64,000 nucleotides of DNA from a virus. Positions 27,237 through 37,793 of this stretch are shown here, piece by piece (position 1 is the first letter of the stretch; each line of letters begins with the position of its first letter). The notes under the pieces are model-generated. The model saw nothing but the letters and a program-made list of their open reading frames with translations, was not told where the DNA came from and made no database searches. The stretch spans positions 32,001 through 96,000 of the IMG/VR virus record IMGVR_UViG_3300029787_000002, one strand, 5' to 3'. A program made the translations under genes and the position numbers.

Positions 27237-27618
27237 AGATGTCATCTCTGACCTGTTCGAGGTAACTACTAAAGAGGACCCTGAGAAAGCAGTAGCATTT
27301 CAACTACGTTATCCTTATAATGTTTGGTTGGAGAATCGTGAGGAACCTGAGTTGCTTACGGAAGTTGAGGGTGAAGAACGTCTCAACAAAAACTCAAATC
27401 CCAATATTCGCTTTGAACCTTGGGCACCTTTATCAAAGGATAGAAGTATTATGTTGAAACTTGATGAAGTTGTCAGCGCATACGAAACCTATCCTGAGGT
27501 AGAGGAAAAATACAACAAAATCGTGGAGGCAGAAAGTGGAAGAGGAAATGCTGCAACAGGAGTTACGTTTGATCCTCCTGAAGGATCGTCCCCAGTATCT
27601 CTTGGGCAAAATAACTGA
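27202..27618 (+). CDS. Conserved cyanophage protein (Sm-like fold suspected)
   Basis: KSGEDVISD and PWAPLSKD motifs; upstream of g43. Confidence 0.7.
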   Translation: MSVRIVRTKSGEDVISDLFEVTTKEDPEKAVAFQLRYPYNVWLENREEPELLTEVEGEERLNKNSNPNIRFEPWAPLSKDRSIMLKLDEVVSAYETYPEVEEKYNKIVEAESGRGNAATGVTFDPPEGSSPVSLGQNN

Positions 27619-27793
27619 ACTAGATGAAGAACCTAGCATCTTAATTGAAAAATGCTTTGAGGTCGTTGGTGATGAGGAAATCATACCCTTCCCCAAGTAC
27701 ACAGATCAACGAGATTTGTTCTTGACATCTGAGCAAATCTTTACTATACTGGAACCGAGTTCCAAACTTGTAGAGATCTACAACAATACATGA
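27548..27793 (+). CDS. Hypothetical protein
   Basis: ELDEEPSILI and FPKYTDQRD; ATGA-coupled to g43. Confidence 0.65.
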   Translation: MLQQELRLILLKDRPQYLLGKITELDEEPSILIEKCFEVVGDEEIIPFPKYTDQRDLFLTSEQIFTILEPSSKLVEIYNNT

Positions 27794-30294
27794 GTTCATT
27801 CTATACAAACATTCAACTCGCAGGAGACACGATCCTTTATCGGGGATATGAGAACGGAGAACCCGTTCAATTTCGTACACAGTTTTCTCCTACATTGTAT
27901 GTTCTATCTAAGAATGCAACCGAAGAATACAAGACCCTTGATGGTCGCCCTGTAGCACCTATGCAGTTTCAGACTGCAAGGGAAGCAAGGGAATTTATCA
28001 AGACCTATGATGGGGTCGAAAGTTTTGAGGTGCATGGTTATGAAAGATTCGTATATCAGTATATCCGTCGTGAGTTTCCTGACGGTGTAGACTATGATAT
28101 CAAAAAAATCAAAATGTTTGCATTGGACATTGAGGTTCAATGTGACAATGGTTTCCCCTCAGTAGAGGAAGCAGCAGAAGAAATGCTATCAATCACCATC
28201 AAAGACATGGTGACAAAACAGTATTACACTTGGGCGATGCGTGAGTTTGATCCCCCTGAAGGAGTCAAGGCAAAGTTTTTCTGGACAGAAAATGAAATGC
28301 TTACTGACTTTATTACTTGGTGGGCACAGAACACTCCTGACATCTTGACAGGATGGAACGTCAATCTTTATGACGTCCCATACATTGCTCGTCGTGTAAA
28401 TAGAGTATTAGGTTCAAAGTGGACAAAATCATTGTCACCTTGGAATCGTGCAAACGAAAGGGAAGTTTATGTCCAAGGACGGAAGAACTATGCTTATGAC
28501 CTTAGTGGGATCAATATTCTTGACTATCTTGATCTTTATCGTAAGTTTACTTATAGTAACCAAGAGTCCTATCGACTCGACCATATCGCTTTCGTTGAGT
28601 TAGGACAACGTAAGGTTGACCATAGTGAGTATGAAAACTTCAAAGACTTCTATACAAAAGATTGGCAGAAGTTTATGGAGTACAACATCCAAGACGTTGA
28701 GTTGATCGACAGACTGGAAGACAAGATGAAGTTGCTTGAACTAGCAATCACTATGTCATATGATGCCAAGGCAAACTTTGAGGATGTATATTCTCAGGTT
28801 CGCATGTGGGATACTATCATCTATAACTATCTTACAGATCGAAAGGTCGTGGTGCCACCTCGAAAAGGTGCAGCAAGGAAGAACGAAAAGTATGCAGGTG
28901 CTTATGTTAAAGAACCGAAGACTGGATGCTATGATTGGGTGGTCAGTTTTGACCTTAATAGTCTGTATCCTCACCTTATTATGCAGTACAATATTTCCCC
29001 AGAGACCCTCGTCGAACAACGTCATCCAAAGGTTACAGTTGATCGAATCCTTAAAGAGGAACTAACTTTCGAGAAAGACTATTGTGTCTGTGCCAACGGT
29101 GCTCAATACCGTAAAGACGTCCATGGGTTCTTACCCGAAATCATGCAGAAGATCTATGATGAACGTACCATTTACAAGAAAAGGATGCTACAAGCAAAGC
29201 AGCATCTTGAACATGCCAAGACACCTGCAGAGACCTTGGCACTACAAAAAGATATATCAAAGTTCAACAACATCCAAATGGCAAGAAAGATCCAACTCAA
29301 CTCTGCCTATGGTGCCATTGGAAACCAATACTTCAGATACTACAATCTGGCAAATGCTGAGGCGATTACTCTCTCTGGGCAAGTAAGTATTCGATGGATT
29401 GAAAACAAAATGAACGAGTACCTCAACAAGGTACTCAAAACTGATGGAGATGATTATGTTATTGCTTCTGATACTGATTCTATCTACCTTAATCTTGGTC
29501 CTCTGGTCCAAGGTGTATTCAAGGGCGGAGAAACGGATGTTAAGAGGGTCGTTACTTTCCTTAACAAGGTGTGTGAGGTGGAATTTGAAAAATATATTTC
29601 GGATTCTTACCAAACGCTCGCCACATATGTCAACGCTTACGAGCAGAAAATGATTATGAAGCGTGAGAACATTGCTGAAAAGGGTCTATGGACTGCTAAG
29701 AAGCGATACATTCTCAACGTATGGGACAGTGAGGGTGTTCGTTATGAAACACCTAAACTTAAGATCATGGGTCTGGAGGCAGTTAAGTCTTCTACTCCTA
29801 TGGCATGTCGTGAGGCGATTCGTAAATGCTTTACCATTATCATGAATGAAGGTGAAGCAGAAGCACAGAAGTTTATCAAAGACTTCAAGACTGAGTTCTG
29901 TTCATTGCCAGTTGAAGACATCTCATTCCCAAGGGGATGCAACGGAATAAATAAGTGGGCGAACCCGACCACTATCTACAGCAAAGGCACACCCATTCAT
30001 GTTCGTGGTGCTTTGTTGTACAACTTTTACAACAAGAAAAACAAATTGACTCACAAGTATCCTCTGATACAAGATGGTGAAAAGGTCAAGTTTGTGTACA
30101 TGAAGACTCCAAACAAGATCAATGAAAACGTGATCAGTTACCTAAACACTTTCCCCAAAGAGTTTGGTCTTAACAATCATGTGGACTATGATCTACAGTT
30201 CTCTAAGTCTTTCCTTGAACCTGTAAAGGTTATCTTGGACACTATCGGGTGGAAACATGAAAAAGTAGCATCATTGGAGTTTTTATTTGCATGA
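27790..30294 (+). CDS. g43: DNA polymerase gp43 (family B)
   Basis: DIEV exonuclease motif, SFDLNSLYP, KIQLNSAYG and ASDTDS. Confidence 0.98.
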   Translation: MSSFYTNIQLAGDTILYRGYENGEPVQFRTQFSPTLYVLSKNATEEYKTLDGRPVAPMQFQTAREAREFIKTYDGVESFEVHGYERFVYQYIRREFPDGVDYDIKKIKMFALDIEVQCDNGFPSVEEAAEEMLSITIKDMVTKQYYTWAMREFDPPEGVKAKFFWTENEMLTDFITWWAQNTPDILTGWNVNLYDVPYIARRVNRVLGSKWTKSLSPWNRANEREVYVQGRKNYAYDLSGINILDYLDLYRKFTYSNQESYRLDHIAFVELGQRKVDHSEYENFKDFYTKDWQKFMEYNIQDVELIDRLEDKMKLLELAITMSYDAKANFEDVYSQVRMWDTIIYNYLTDRKVVVPPRKGAARKNEKYAGAYVKEPKTGCYDWVVSFDLNSLYPHLIMQYNISPETLVEQRHPKVTVDRILKEELTFEKDYCVCANGAQYRKDVHGFLPEIMQKIYDERTIYKKRMLQAKQHLEHAKTPAETLALQKDISKFNNIQMARKIQLNSAYGAIGNQYFRYYNLANAEAITLSGQVSIRWIENKMNEYLNKVLKTDGDDYVIASDTDSIYLNLGPLVQGVFKGGETDVKRVVTFLNKVCEVEFEKYISDSYQTLATYVNAYEQKMIMKRENIAEKGLWTAKKRYILNVWDSEGVRYETPKLKIMGLEAVKSSTPMACREAIRKCFTIIMNEGEAEAQKFIKDFKTEFCSLPVEDISFPRGCNGINKWANPTTIYSKGTPIHVRGALLYNFYNKKNKLTHKYPLIQDGEKVKFVYMKTPNKINENVISYLNTFPKEFGLNNHVDYDLQFSKSFLEPVKVILDTIGWKHEKVASLEFLFA

Positions 30295-30443
30295 CAACTA
30301 AATATGTGGTATCATATCAAAAAGCATTTGGTATCCCAGATAAGAGAGAGCAATCTTTCGAGGAAGAATCAGAAGCAAAATGGTTTGAGCGTGCCATGAA
30401 ACGTTCTAATTTTATTACAACTATGACGGAGGTCAAAGAGTGA
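30291..30443 (+). CDS. Small hypothetical protein (50 aa, not in the ORF track)
   Basis: [14 protein letters not shown]...TEVKE; coupled to g43 (ATGA) and uvsX (GTGA). Confidence 0.6.
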   Translation: MTTKYVVSYQKAFGIPDKREQSFEEESEAKWFERAMKRSNFITTMTEVKE

Positions 30444-31447
30444 ACTCATTTCTAAAGGATGTATCAAGTGAAATTGATAATGATTATGCCAGTCTTGTCT
30501 CCGATGGAGTTTCAGCAGGAGATACTAGCAATTTCATTGACACTGGTAGTTATATCTTTAATGCTCTCGTTAGCGGAAGCATCTATGGGGGTGTACCAGG
30601 GAATAAGATCACTGCTATTGCGGGTGAGTCTTCCACTGGCAAAACTTTCTTTTGCCTTGGCATTGTTCAACATTTTCTTGAGTCTAACCCAGATGCAGGA
30701 GTGATCTACTTTGAGTCTGAGTCTGCTATTTCTAAGCAGATGATTGAAGATAGGGGTATTGATTCTACTCGTATGATGATTGTACCTGTAACTACAGTAC
30801 AAGAGTTTCGACATCAATCAATCAAGATCATTGACAAGTATATGGGACTTGATGATAAGAAACCTATGATGTTTGTTCTTGATTCTCTTGGTATGTTATC
30901 TACTTCTAAAGAAGTAACTGACAGTGAGGAAGGTAAAGAAACTCGTGACATGACAAGAGCACAAGTTGTTAAGTCTATCTTCCGAGTTTTGACTCTTAAG
31001 TTGGGTAAAGCAAATGTTCCTATGTTAGTTACTAACCATACCTATGATGTTGTAGGTGCCTACATTCCTACTAAAGAAATGGGTGGTGGAAGTGGACTTA
31101 AGTATGCATCTTCAAGTATCATCTTTCTCTCTAAGAAAAAAGAAAAGGATGGTAAAGAAGTAGTTGGTAATATTATCAAATGTAAGAATGCTAAATCACG
31201 TTTAACCAAGGAGAACTCGCAAGTTGAAACACGTCTTTATTACGACCGTGGACTGGACAGGTATTACGGACTACTGGAGTTGGGTGAGAAGTATGGAGTC
31301 TTCCAACGGAAGGGGAATCGCGTTGTTGTTGGGGAATCTTCCGTTTATCCTTCTGCTATTCTTGCCAATCCTGAGAAATATTTCACCGAAGAAATAATGA
31401 ACAAACTAGATGAAGCAGCAGCAAAAGAGTTTAGGTATGGCAACTAA
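30440..31447 (+). CDS. uvsX: RecA-like recombinase UvsX
   Basis: [16 protein letters not shown] and MGGGSGLKY. Confidence 0.95.
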   Translation: MNSFLKDVSSEIDNDYASLVSDGVSAGDTSNFIDTGSYIFNALVSGSIYGGVPGNKITAIAGESSTGKTFFCLGIVQHFLESNPDAGVIYFESESAISKQMIEDRGIDSTRMMIVPVTTVQEFRHQSIKIIDKYMGLDDKKPMMFVLDSLGMLSTSKEVTDSEEGKETRDMTRAQVVKSIFRVLTLKLGKANVPMLVTNHTYDVVGAYIPTKEMGGGSGLKYASSSIIFLSKKKEKDGKEVVGNIIKCKNAKSRLTKENSQVETRLYYDRGLDRYYGLLELGEKYGVFQRKGNRVVVGESSVYPSAILANPEKYFTEEIMNKLDEAAAKEFRYGN

Positions 31448-32003
31448 TTTAAAAGACTATGTTAGAACGTATGATCAATTGGTTGACGCTGATCTTTGTC
31501 AGAGGATACTTGAAGCGTTTGGAAAATCCAACGGTGAGTATATTGATCGAGAGCAGCGACCTTCCTTCACGGAACTGAATCTAACAAATAGACTCAGAGC
31601 AAAAGATCCTTTATGGTCTGATATTCATGTCAAACTAGAGGATGCTTTTATTGATGCTACACAAATGTATATGGAAGAACTGGATTTAGGTCCAGACTTT
31701 CCATCAAAGTATTGCTTTGAAGAATTACGATTAAAATATTATCAAAACAATGGGCATGACCAGTTCAAGAACCATGTCGATGTACAAGACTACAACAGCG
31801 CACGTCGTTTCCTTGTTTGTTTCTTGTACCTAAACAGTGTCGGGATGGGAGGTCAAACACATTTTCCAAAGTTGGACTGTACAATTGAACCGAAGTGTGG
31901 TAGGATACTATTGTTCCCATCTACTTGGCAGTACAGACATGCGGGTCTACCCCCTGAGTCCAACAACAAGTACATCGTTGGCACCTATTTGCACTATCTC
32001 TAA
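31437..32003 (+). CDS. 2OG-Fe(II) oxygenase
   Basis: HVD, FLYLN...GGQTHF and FP..WQY.HAG.PP..KY. Confidence 0.85.
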   Translation: MATNLKDYVRTYDQLVDADLCQRILEAFGKSNGEYIDREQRPSFTELNLTNRLRAKDPLWSDIHVKLEDAFIDATQMYMEELDLGPDFPSKYCFEELRLKYYQNNGHDQFKNHVDVQDYNSARRFLVCFLYLNSVGMGGQTHFPKLDCTIEPKCGRILLFPSTWQYRHAGLPPESNNKYIVGTYLHYL

Positions 32004-33382
32004 TGTCCCTCGAACTCACGATTCTTAGTAATCTCGTCTATAATGAGAAGTATGCTCGCAAGGTCCTTCCCTTCCTGAAGGTAGACTACTTTACTGAGAA
32101 GACTCTCAAGGTTATCTTTCTGGAGATCCATGAGTACATCAGTCAGTATAACGGTTTACCATCTCTCAATGCCATTAGTATTGAGTGTCAAGAAAGGAAT
32201 GATCTAAGTGACGAGCAATATAAAACTGTTCTGGAGACTTTAAATGTCCTTTCCGATGATCCCACAGACTACGATTGGATCGTTGATACTACGGAAAAGT
32301 GGTGTCAAGAGCGTGCGATCTACCTATCTCTTATGGAGAGTGTCAAGATTGCTGACGGTCAAGATCCCAAGAAAGATAAGGGTGCCATTCCCCAGATTCT
32401 TTCAGATGCATTAGGGGTTTCCTTTAATCAAAGTGTTGGACATGATTACATGGACAACGCATTTGATCGTTTTGATTACTACCATCGTAAGGAAGATAAG
32501 ATTCCTTTTGACTTAGAGTTCTTTAATAAGATCACTAAAGGTGGACTGGTAAACAAATCTTTGAATGTTGCACTTGCAGGCACAGGTGTCGGTAAGTCTT
32601 TGTTTATGTGTCACGTTGCAGCAAGTATGCTACTCCGAGGTAAGAATGTTTTATACATCACTTGTGAGATGGCAGAAGAAAAGATTGCAGAAAGGATTGA
32701 TGCTAATCTTATGAACGTCAACATCCAGAAACTCTCTGAGTTACCTCGTATGATGTTTGAAAAGAAGATTCAGCAGTTAGGAAAGAAGACTCAAGGTAAG
32801 TTAATCATTAAAGAATATCCAACTGCTTCGGCACATGTTGGTCACTTTCGATCTTTGATTTCTGACCTTGCTCTCAAAAGAAGTATTAAACCTGATATTA
32901 TATTTGTAGACTACCTCAACATTTGTGCCTCTGAAAGGTACAAAGGATCTATTGTTAACTCTTATACCTATGTTAAAGCAATTGCTGAAGAACTCAGGGG
33001 ACTTGCTGTTGAAACTAATGTCCCCATTGTCTCTGCGACACAAACGACTCGCTCTGGTTTTGGGAGTACTGATGTTGATCTCACTGATACGAGTGAGTCC
33101 TTTGGTCTTCCTGCCACTGCTGATCTTATGTTCGCTCTTATCTCGACTGAGGAACTTGAGGGAATGAATCAGATCATGGTCAAGCAGTTGAAGAATAGAT
33201 ACAATGATCCGACTATGAACAAAAGGTTCTGTATCGGTATTGACAGAGCGAAGATGAGGTTGTATGATGTAGAGGAATCTGCTCAGACTGATATCGTTGA
33301 CTCTGGTCAAGAAGATCTAGAAAAGAATCTAGTCAAACGTTTCACTTCATCCAAACCTTTCGATGCACTCTCCTATGATTGA
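32003..33382 (+). CDS. g41: Replicative helicase gp41
   Basis: AGTGVGKS, FVDYLN, SATQTTR and KQLKNRY. Confidence 0.97.
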   Translation: MSLELTILSNLVYNEKYARKVLPFLKVDYFTEKTLKVIFLEIHEYISQYNGLPSLNAISIECQERNDLSDEQYKTVLETLNVLSDDPTDYDWIVDTTEKWCQERAIYLSLMESVKIADGQDPKKDKGAIPQILSDALGVSFNQSVGHDYMDNAFDRFDYYHRKEDKIPFDLEFFNKITKGGLVNKSLNVALAGTGVGKSLFMCHVAASMLLRGKNVLYITCEMAEEKIAERIDANLMNVNIQKLSELPRMMFEKKIQQLGKKTQGKLIIKEYPTASAHVGHFRSLISDLALKRSIKPDIIFVDYLNICASERYKGSIVNSYTYVKAIAEELRGLAVETNVPIVSATQTTRSGFGSTDVDLTDTSESFGLPATADLMFALISTEELEGMNQIMVKQLKNRYNDPTMNKRFCIGIDRAKMRLYDVEESAQTDIVDSGQEDLEKNLVKRFTSSKPFDALSYD

Positions 33383-33776
33383 TTTTAACAAGTATACAAA
33401 GTTCGTTAACGCTGTAACATCAGAAGAAAGTAAGTACGGTGGTCATTTCCAAGATCGTCTAAGAGACTTATACTCTAAAGATTTTCAAACACACAGAGCA
33501 CTGACTGCTGCACTAGGACTATGTGCTGAGTCAGGTGAGTTCACTGAGATAGTAAAGAAGATACTATTCCAAGGTAAACCAGTCAGTCAAGAGAATCTAT
33601 TTCATATGAAACGTGAACTAGGTGATATCATGTGGTATTTTATACAGGCATGTATAGCACTAGATGTATCTCCTGAGGAGGTCATTGAAATGAATGTGGA
33701 CAAACTAAAAGCACGTTACCCAGGTGGCGAGTTTGATGTTCACTTCTCTGAAAACCGTAAACAAGGTGACGTATGA
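33375..33776 (+). CDS. mazG: MazG-family NTP pyrophosphatase
   Basis: AESGEFTEIVKK, RELGDIMWY and NVDKL.ARYP. Confidence 0.92.
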   Translation: MIDFNKYTKFVNAVTSEESKYGGHFQDRLRDLYSKDFQTHRALTAALGLCAESGEFTEIVKKILFQGKPVSQENLFHMKRELGDIMWYFIQACIALDVSPEEVIEMNVDKLKARYPGGEFDVHFSENRKQGDV

Positions 33777-34051
33777 TTGGTAAACTAGACCCAGATGAAA
33801 GGGTTCTGTCTGATACAGAACCTATGCAACTTACTCCTGATCTGATTAATCAGATTAATGAGAAGATGGCACACACAAAGAAGGATGGTTCCTTCAACTG
33901 GTTGACTACTGATGATTATGAAATTCAAATCGCAGGTACGTTTGCTGCTGATAGATTTATTGTCATCAAGAACGTATCCAAGAATCCTTGGGTACCTTCC
34001 CAACCTCACCCCAACTATGACTATAAAAAAAAGGAGTTTAAAAAATTATGA
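33773..34051 (+). CDS. Hypothetical protein
   Basis: Coupled ORF starting MIGKLDPDERVL. Confidence 0.6.
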   Translation: MIGKLDPDERVLSDTEPMQLTPDLINQINEKMAHTKKDGSFNWLTTDDYEIQIAGTFAADRFIVIKNVSKNPWVPSQPHPNYDYKKKEFKKL

Positions 34052-34287
34052 AAGACTTAAAAGTTCCATTTGCCATCGTATCATTTCTGTTAGTTCAAGG
34101 AGCAGGTGCAGTATGGTGGGCGTCCCAAGTTGATGGACGAGTCCGAACTCTTGAAACTCAAAGTTTGAATATCGCAAAAGAGAATCGTAGATACATTGAG
34201 CAAGTAATTCAACCATCTTATGGAATTGGTAAAAATTGGAAAAATCAATATCATGATGAGTGGGTTCTAAAAGGAGGTTGGAAATAG
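34048..34287 (+). CDS. Small membrane protein
   Basis: N-terminal TM segment (..GAVWWAS) followed by a coiled coil. Confidence 0.6.
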   Translation: MKDLKVPFAIVSFLLVQGAGAVWWASQVDGRVRTLETQSLNIAKENRRYIEQVIQPSYGIGKNWKNQYHDEWVLKGGWK

Positions 34288-34288
34288 G

Positions 34289-34492
34289 TTGAAACAAGTT
34301 TGGAAGATCTGGAAGTATGCTTTAGGATCATTCAATGATAATAAAACTAAGAGATATGATGACATCATATGCATCATTAGAACTATTATTTTTACTCAGT
34401 TGGTAATTACCAACTTCTTTATTATTGCTGGTAACATCAGACACTGGAACGATCATTACTCACCACCTAATTATGAACATATTCGTGACTGA
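34289..34492 (+). CDS. Small conserved membrane protein
   Basis: WKYALGSF.D.KT..YD, one TM segment, GNIRHW. Confidence 0.65.
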   Translation: MKQVWKIWKYALGSFNDNKTKRYDDIICIIRTIIFTQLVITNFFIIAGNIRHWNDHYSPPNYEHIRD

Positions 34493-34544
34493 CCGTACCT
34501 CATAAATATCAGGGGACGAGAATGATTTGGAGATCTAAAGAGTA

Positions 34545-35642
34545 ATGGCATTCCTATCGGGTGGCGAACAAACAACTATCAACTCTACTATTACAGAGTT
34601 ATTTCCTGCACTAGCATTTAATACAGGAAAGAAGTTTAGTAACGCTGCTGATTTAGAAGAGTACATTGATAACTTAGATCTAAGATCAATAAAAGCAAAA
34701 AAGACATTTGTAAACAATAATAATATTGATGCAGCGTATGGTTATATTAATAAATTAGATCAGATTAGACCTGCAATGAAAAAAACAAAACTGGATAATG
34801 CTGTAGGTATTCTGAATTACTTGTATAAGTATCACAAGTCAAGACCAATCCAACAGGTTGTCTGGGGATATAGAGAAAAACCAAGAGGAGTTCCATCTAA
34901 TCACGCAGGTGATATTTTTTTAGTTCATAAAAATCAAAAGATTTCACCTAAAGTAGTAGGTATTAGTTTAAAAGCAGGAACAAAAAAATCCAAAGAACCT
35001 AAACTAAACTCTTATGTAGGAACAACTTTAAGAAAGGATGCATGGAAGAAGGCATACCCTAGAGCAACAGATCAGTTAAAAGATAAGTTGTGGGCAGAAG
35101 TATACTCTAAGGTCCCAAGATTACCTGTAAAAGGTAAAGACAAAGTTGATAAGAATAACTGGTTGACATTGACTGCCACTAGACAGAAACCAAATCCAAT
35201 TCTAGTAGAAAAAGTTCTTGATCTATTTGAAGCAGATCCTAAAAAGTTTGATGCTTTCTATATTGAAATGAATAAGGTCTGCAGAGAACATCTGGTTGGG
35301 ATGATCAATGGCAATCTAAATGCAACTAAAGCATGGATTAAAGAAGAGTTTAGATTGCAAGAACAAGATGTTGAAGTACCTATGATCTTAGTAAAAGCAA
35401 TTGGGAATAAAGCAGACTCATCTTCTACAGATCCTTTAAGAGATATTCTACCTAAGGTAACCAAAGTCAAAGCATACCTTAAGTCTGGTTCTGTCCAAGA
35501 ATGGTTTATCGATGTTATGGCAAATGGTAGTGAGAAATTAACTCTATCGATGACTATTAGAAGTGACTCAGAATATAGAAAGTCAAAACAGAAGGGTAAA
35601 CTAGGAGCGTACATGATGCTCAAGTTACTTTATAGAAGTTGA
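34545..35642 (+). CDS. Basic protein with a restriction-endonuclease-like motif
   Basis: ITELFP helix, HAGDIFL and VGISLKAG (D...SxK variant of PD-(D/E)XK); CATAAATA late promoter at 34501. Confidence 0.55.
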   Translation: MAFLSGGEQTTINSTITELFPALAFNTGKKFSNAADLEEYIDNLDLRSIKAKKTFVNNNNIDAAYGYINKLDQIRPAMKKTKLDNAVGILNYLYKYHKSRPIQQVVWGYREKPRGVPSNHAGDIFLVHKNQKISPKVVGISLKAGTKKSKEPKLNSYVGTTLRKDAWKKAYPRATDQLKDKLWAEVYSKVPRLPVKGKDKVDKNNWLTLTATRQKPNPILVEKVLDLFEADPKKFDAFYIEMNKVCREHLVGMINGNLNATKAWIKEEFRLQEQDVEVPMILVKAIGNKADSSSTDPLRDILPKVTKVKAYLKSGSVQEWFIDVMANGSEKLTLSMTIRSDSEYRKSKQKGKLGAYMMLKLLYRS

Positions 35643-35698
35643 GACAGTTCAACAACTGGCACACACCCCCTACACAAGGCACTTGACTGTGCTATAAT
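35641..35698 (+). promoter_or_regulatory. Early-type promoter with upstream palindrome
   Basis: GAGACAGTTCAACAACTGGCACA, then TG-n-TATAAT 52 bp after the motif start. Confidence 0.7.
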
Positions 35699-35718
35699 AA
35701 GGGTACCGAAAGACACCT

Positions 35719-36648
35719 ATGCCAAACAAACACCTAGAGCATCCAGAAGACATGATCATGTATGGTCGTCGTGCTGCTCTGAGGACAGTCAATGCTCTGT
35801 TACACGAGGATCTGCCTCTTGGTGTGAAGTGGGATGGTGCTCCTGCTATTGTATTTGGGACTAACCCTGACAATGGTAAGTTCTTTGTTGGTACAAAGTC
35901 TGTATTCAACAAGGTTAAGGTCAAGATTGCTTATTCATACGAGGACATTGATGCGTACTACAAGGGGGAAGTGGCGAACATTCTTCGTCTATGCTATCGC
36001 CACCTTCCTAGGATTGGTGGTATTGTCCAAGGTGACTATATTGGGGTATCTGGGGGTCGTACCTATACTCCTAACACTCTTGAGTATCGGTTTGCTACCA
36101 AAACTGGTGGTCATATTGTGTTTGCCCCTCACACTGGTTATGATGTTGTTTCTCCAACTGCCACTCCTCGTTTTGGTGTTAATGTTTTTGGTGAGTCTGA
36201 TTGCTTTATGCTAGGACACAACGAAGCAAGTGCTGTTTGTGAAGGAAAGGTTAAGTTCGACTGGTTCAAATTCATGAAGAATCTAGTCAGGGCAAAGGTT
36301 CCTGCTGATAAGAAGATTCGTGACCAGATGTTCAAGCACATCAATCTATGGATTCGATTTGAGATGGTACCACCTTCCGCAGAAATGTATAATGCCTTAC
36401 CTGATAAATATAAGCAAGAAGTGAATATCTACACCTTTAGAGTGTGGGATCAAATCTTCCAACTGAAACAGTCACTCATGAGCAATATACGAGTCAGTGG
36501 TACAGTCACTCCTTATTTGAATGACCAACCAACTGCTCACGAAGGTTTCGTTACACAAAACGAAGTACCTGTGAAACTTGTAGACCGAATGACCTTTAGT
36601 AAAGCAAACTTTAACCTTAAAAAAAATTGGACGAATGAAAAAGTTTAG
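35719..36648 (+). CDS. Ligase/capping-fold nucleotidyltransferase-like protein (DUF6267-like)
   Basis: KHLEHPED, VKWDGAP (motif I KxDG), VQGD, HEGFV (motif IV) and VKLVDR (motif V). Confidence 0.7.
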   Translation: MPNKHLEHPEDMIMYGRRAALRTVNALLHEDLPLGVKWDGAPAIVFGTNPDNGKFFVGTKSVFNKVKVKIAYSYEDIDAYYKGEVANILRLCYRHLPRIGGIVQGDYIGVSGGRTYTPNTLEYRFATKTGGHIVFAPHTGYDVVSPTATPRFGVNVFGESDCFMLGHNEASAVCEGKVKFDWFKFMKNLVRAKVPADKKIRDQMFKHINLWIRFEMVPPSAEMYNALPDKYKQEVNIYTFRVWDQIFQLKQSLMSNIRVSGTVTPYLNDQPTAHEGFVTQNEVPVKLVDRMTFSKANFNLKKNWTNEKV

Positions 36649-37792
36649 TGCTTTCCTATCTGAAGCAGAAAGATCGTTCGCTGCAAAAGCAGCAGAGAAA
36701 CTAAACCTCCAACACATTGGTTACGGACGGTATGCCGATCAAAATGGCAACGTAACCCATATGTCGAAGGATGGTAAACTAGTAAAAATTACAAAAGACA
36801 ATGACGCAGGACCCCAACAATCAGCAGGAGGAGAAGAAACTGCAGATGGCGAGGGTGCGGTCGATCAAGGTGCAATATCTATTACATTTGGAAGATTTAA
36901 TCCACCTACTATTGGACATGAGAAACTTCTAGACAAAGTAGCAAGAGAGGCAAAAACTAGTGGAGGAGAGTATAGAATATACCCCTCAAGGTCGGAGGAT
37001 CCTAAGAAGAACCCCCTCGATGCGGGGACTAAAATCAAGTATATGCGCCAAGCGTACCCTGATCATTCTAACGCGATTATTGATAATGCTGACATGCGTA
37101 CTATTTTTGATGTTCTCAGTGGACTCGATGCTGACGGGTATAGTTCAGTTAATATTGTGGTGGGTGGTGATAGGGTCAGTGAATTCAACTCACTAGCAAA
37201 CAAGTATAATGGTGACCTTTATACCTTTGATGAGATTAAAGTAACTTCAGCAGGTGGTAGAGATCCTGATGGTGAAGGTGTGTCAGGTATGTCAGCATCT
37301 AAACTTAGAGCAGCAGCAGTACAGGGTGACTTCGATTCATTTAAGTCAGGTATACCAAAGGGTATCAAAGATAAGGATCTTCAGTCACTTTACGGAACGT
37401 TAAGAACTGCAATGAAGGTTGAAGAAGACCAAGATTTTGGCGATTGTTCTTATAATATATTTGAGTACGCACCTAAGTTGGACTCTCAAGGATTGAGAGA
37501 AGCATACTTCTCAGGTGAATTATTCAAAGAGGGCACATTCGTTGAAAACCTTAACACAGGGATCATTTCTAAGATTGTTAGTAGGGGTAGCAATTACGTC
37601 ATCTCTATTGATGAGTCTGACCATCTATTTCGTACTTGGTTGAAAGACATGGTGGAACGAAATGACATCAAGTTCTTTAATTTCAAACCTGCAGGTGAGA
37701 TGGGAACTGATAAACTCGCTAACTATATGCGTAAACTTACCCCTGGTGAGTTTATTAACAAGATAAATAAAAAGGATAAGGTTACCAAATAA
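36635..37792 (+). CDS. HIGH-superfamily (cytidylyl/adenylyl) transferase
   Basis: TFGRFNPPTIGHEKL, VVGGDR and GMSASKLR. Confidence 0.85.
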   Translation: MKKFSAFLSEAERSFAAKAAEKLNLQHIGYGRYADQNGNVTHMSKDGKLVKITKDNDAGPQQSAGGEETADGEGAVDQGAISITFGRFNPPTIGHEKLLDKVAREAKTSGGEYRIYPSRSEDPKKNPLDAGTKIKYMRQAYPDHSNAIIDNADMRTIFDVLSGLDADGYSSVNIVVGGDRVSEFNSLANKYNGDLYTFDEIKVTSAGGRDPDGEGVSGMSASKLRAAAVQGDFDSFKSGIPKGIKDKDLQSLYGTLRTAMKVEEDQDFGDCSYNIFEYAPKLDSQGLREAYFSGELFKEGTFVENLNTGIISKIVSRGSNYVISIDESDHLFRTWLKDMVERNDIKFFNFKPAGEMGTDKLANYMRKLTPGEFINKINKKDKVTK

Positions 37793-37793
37793 G

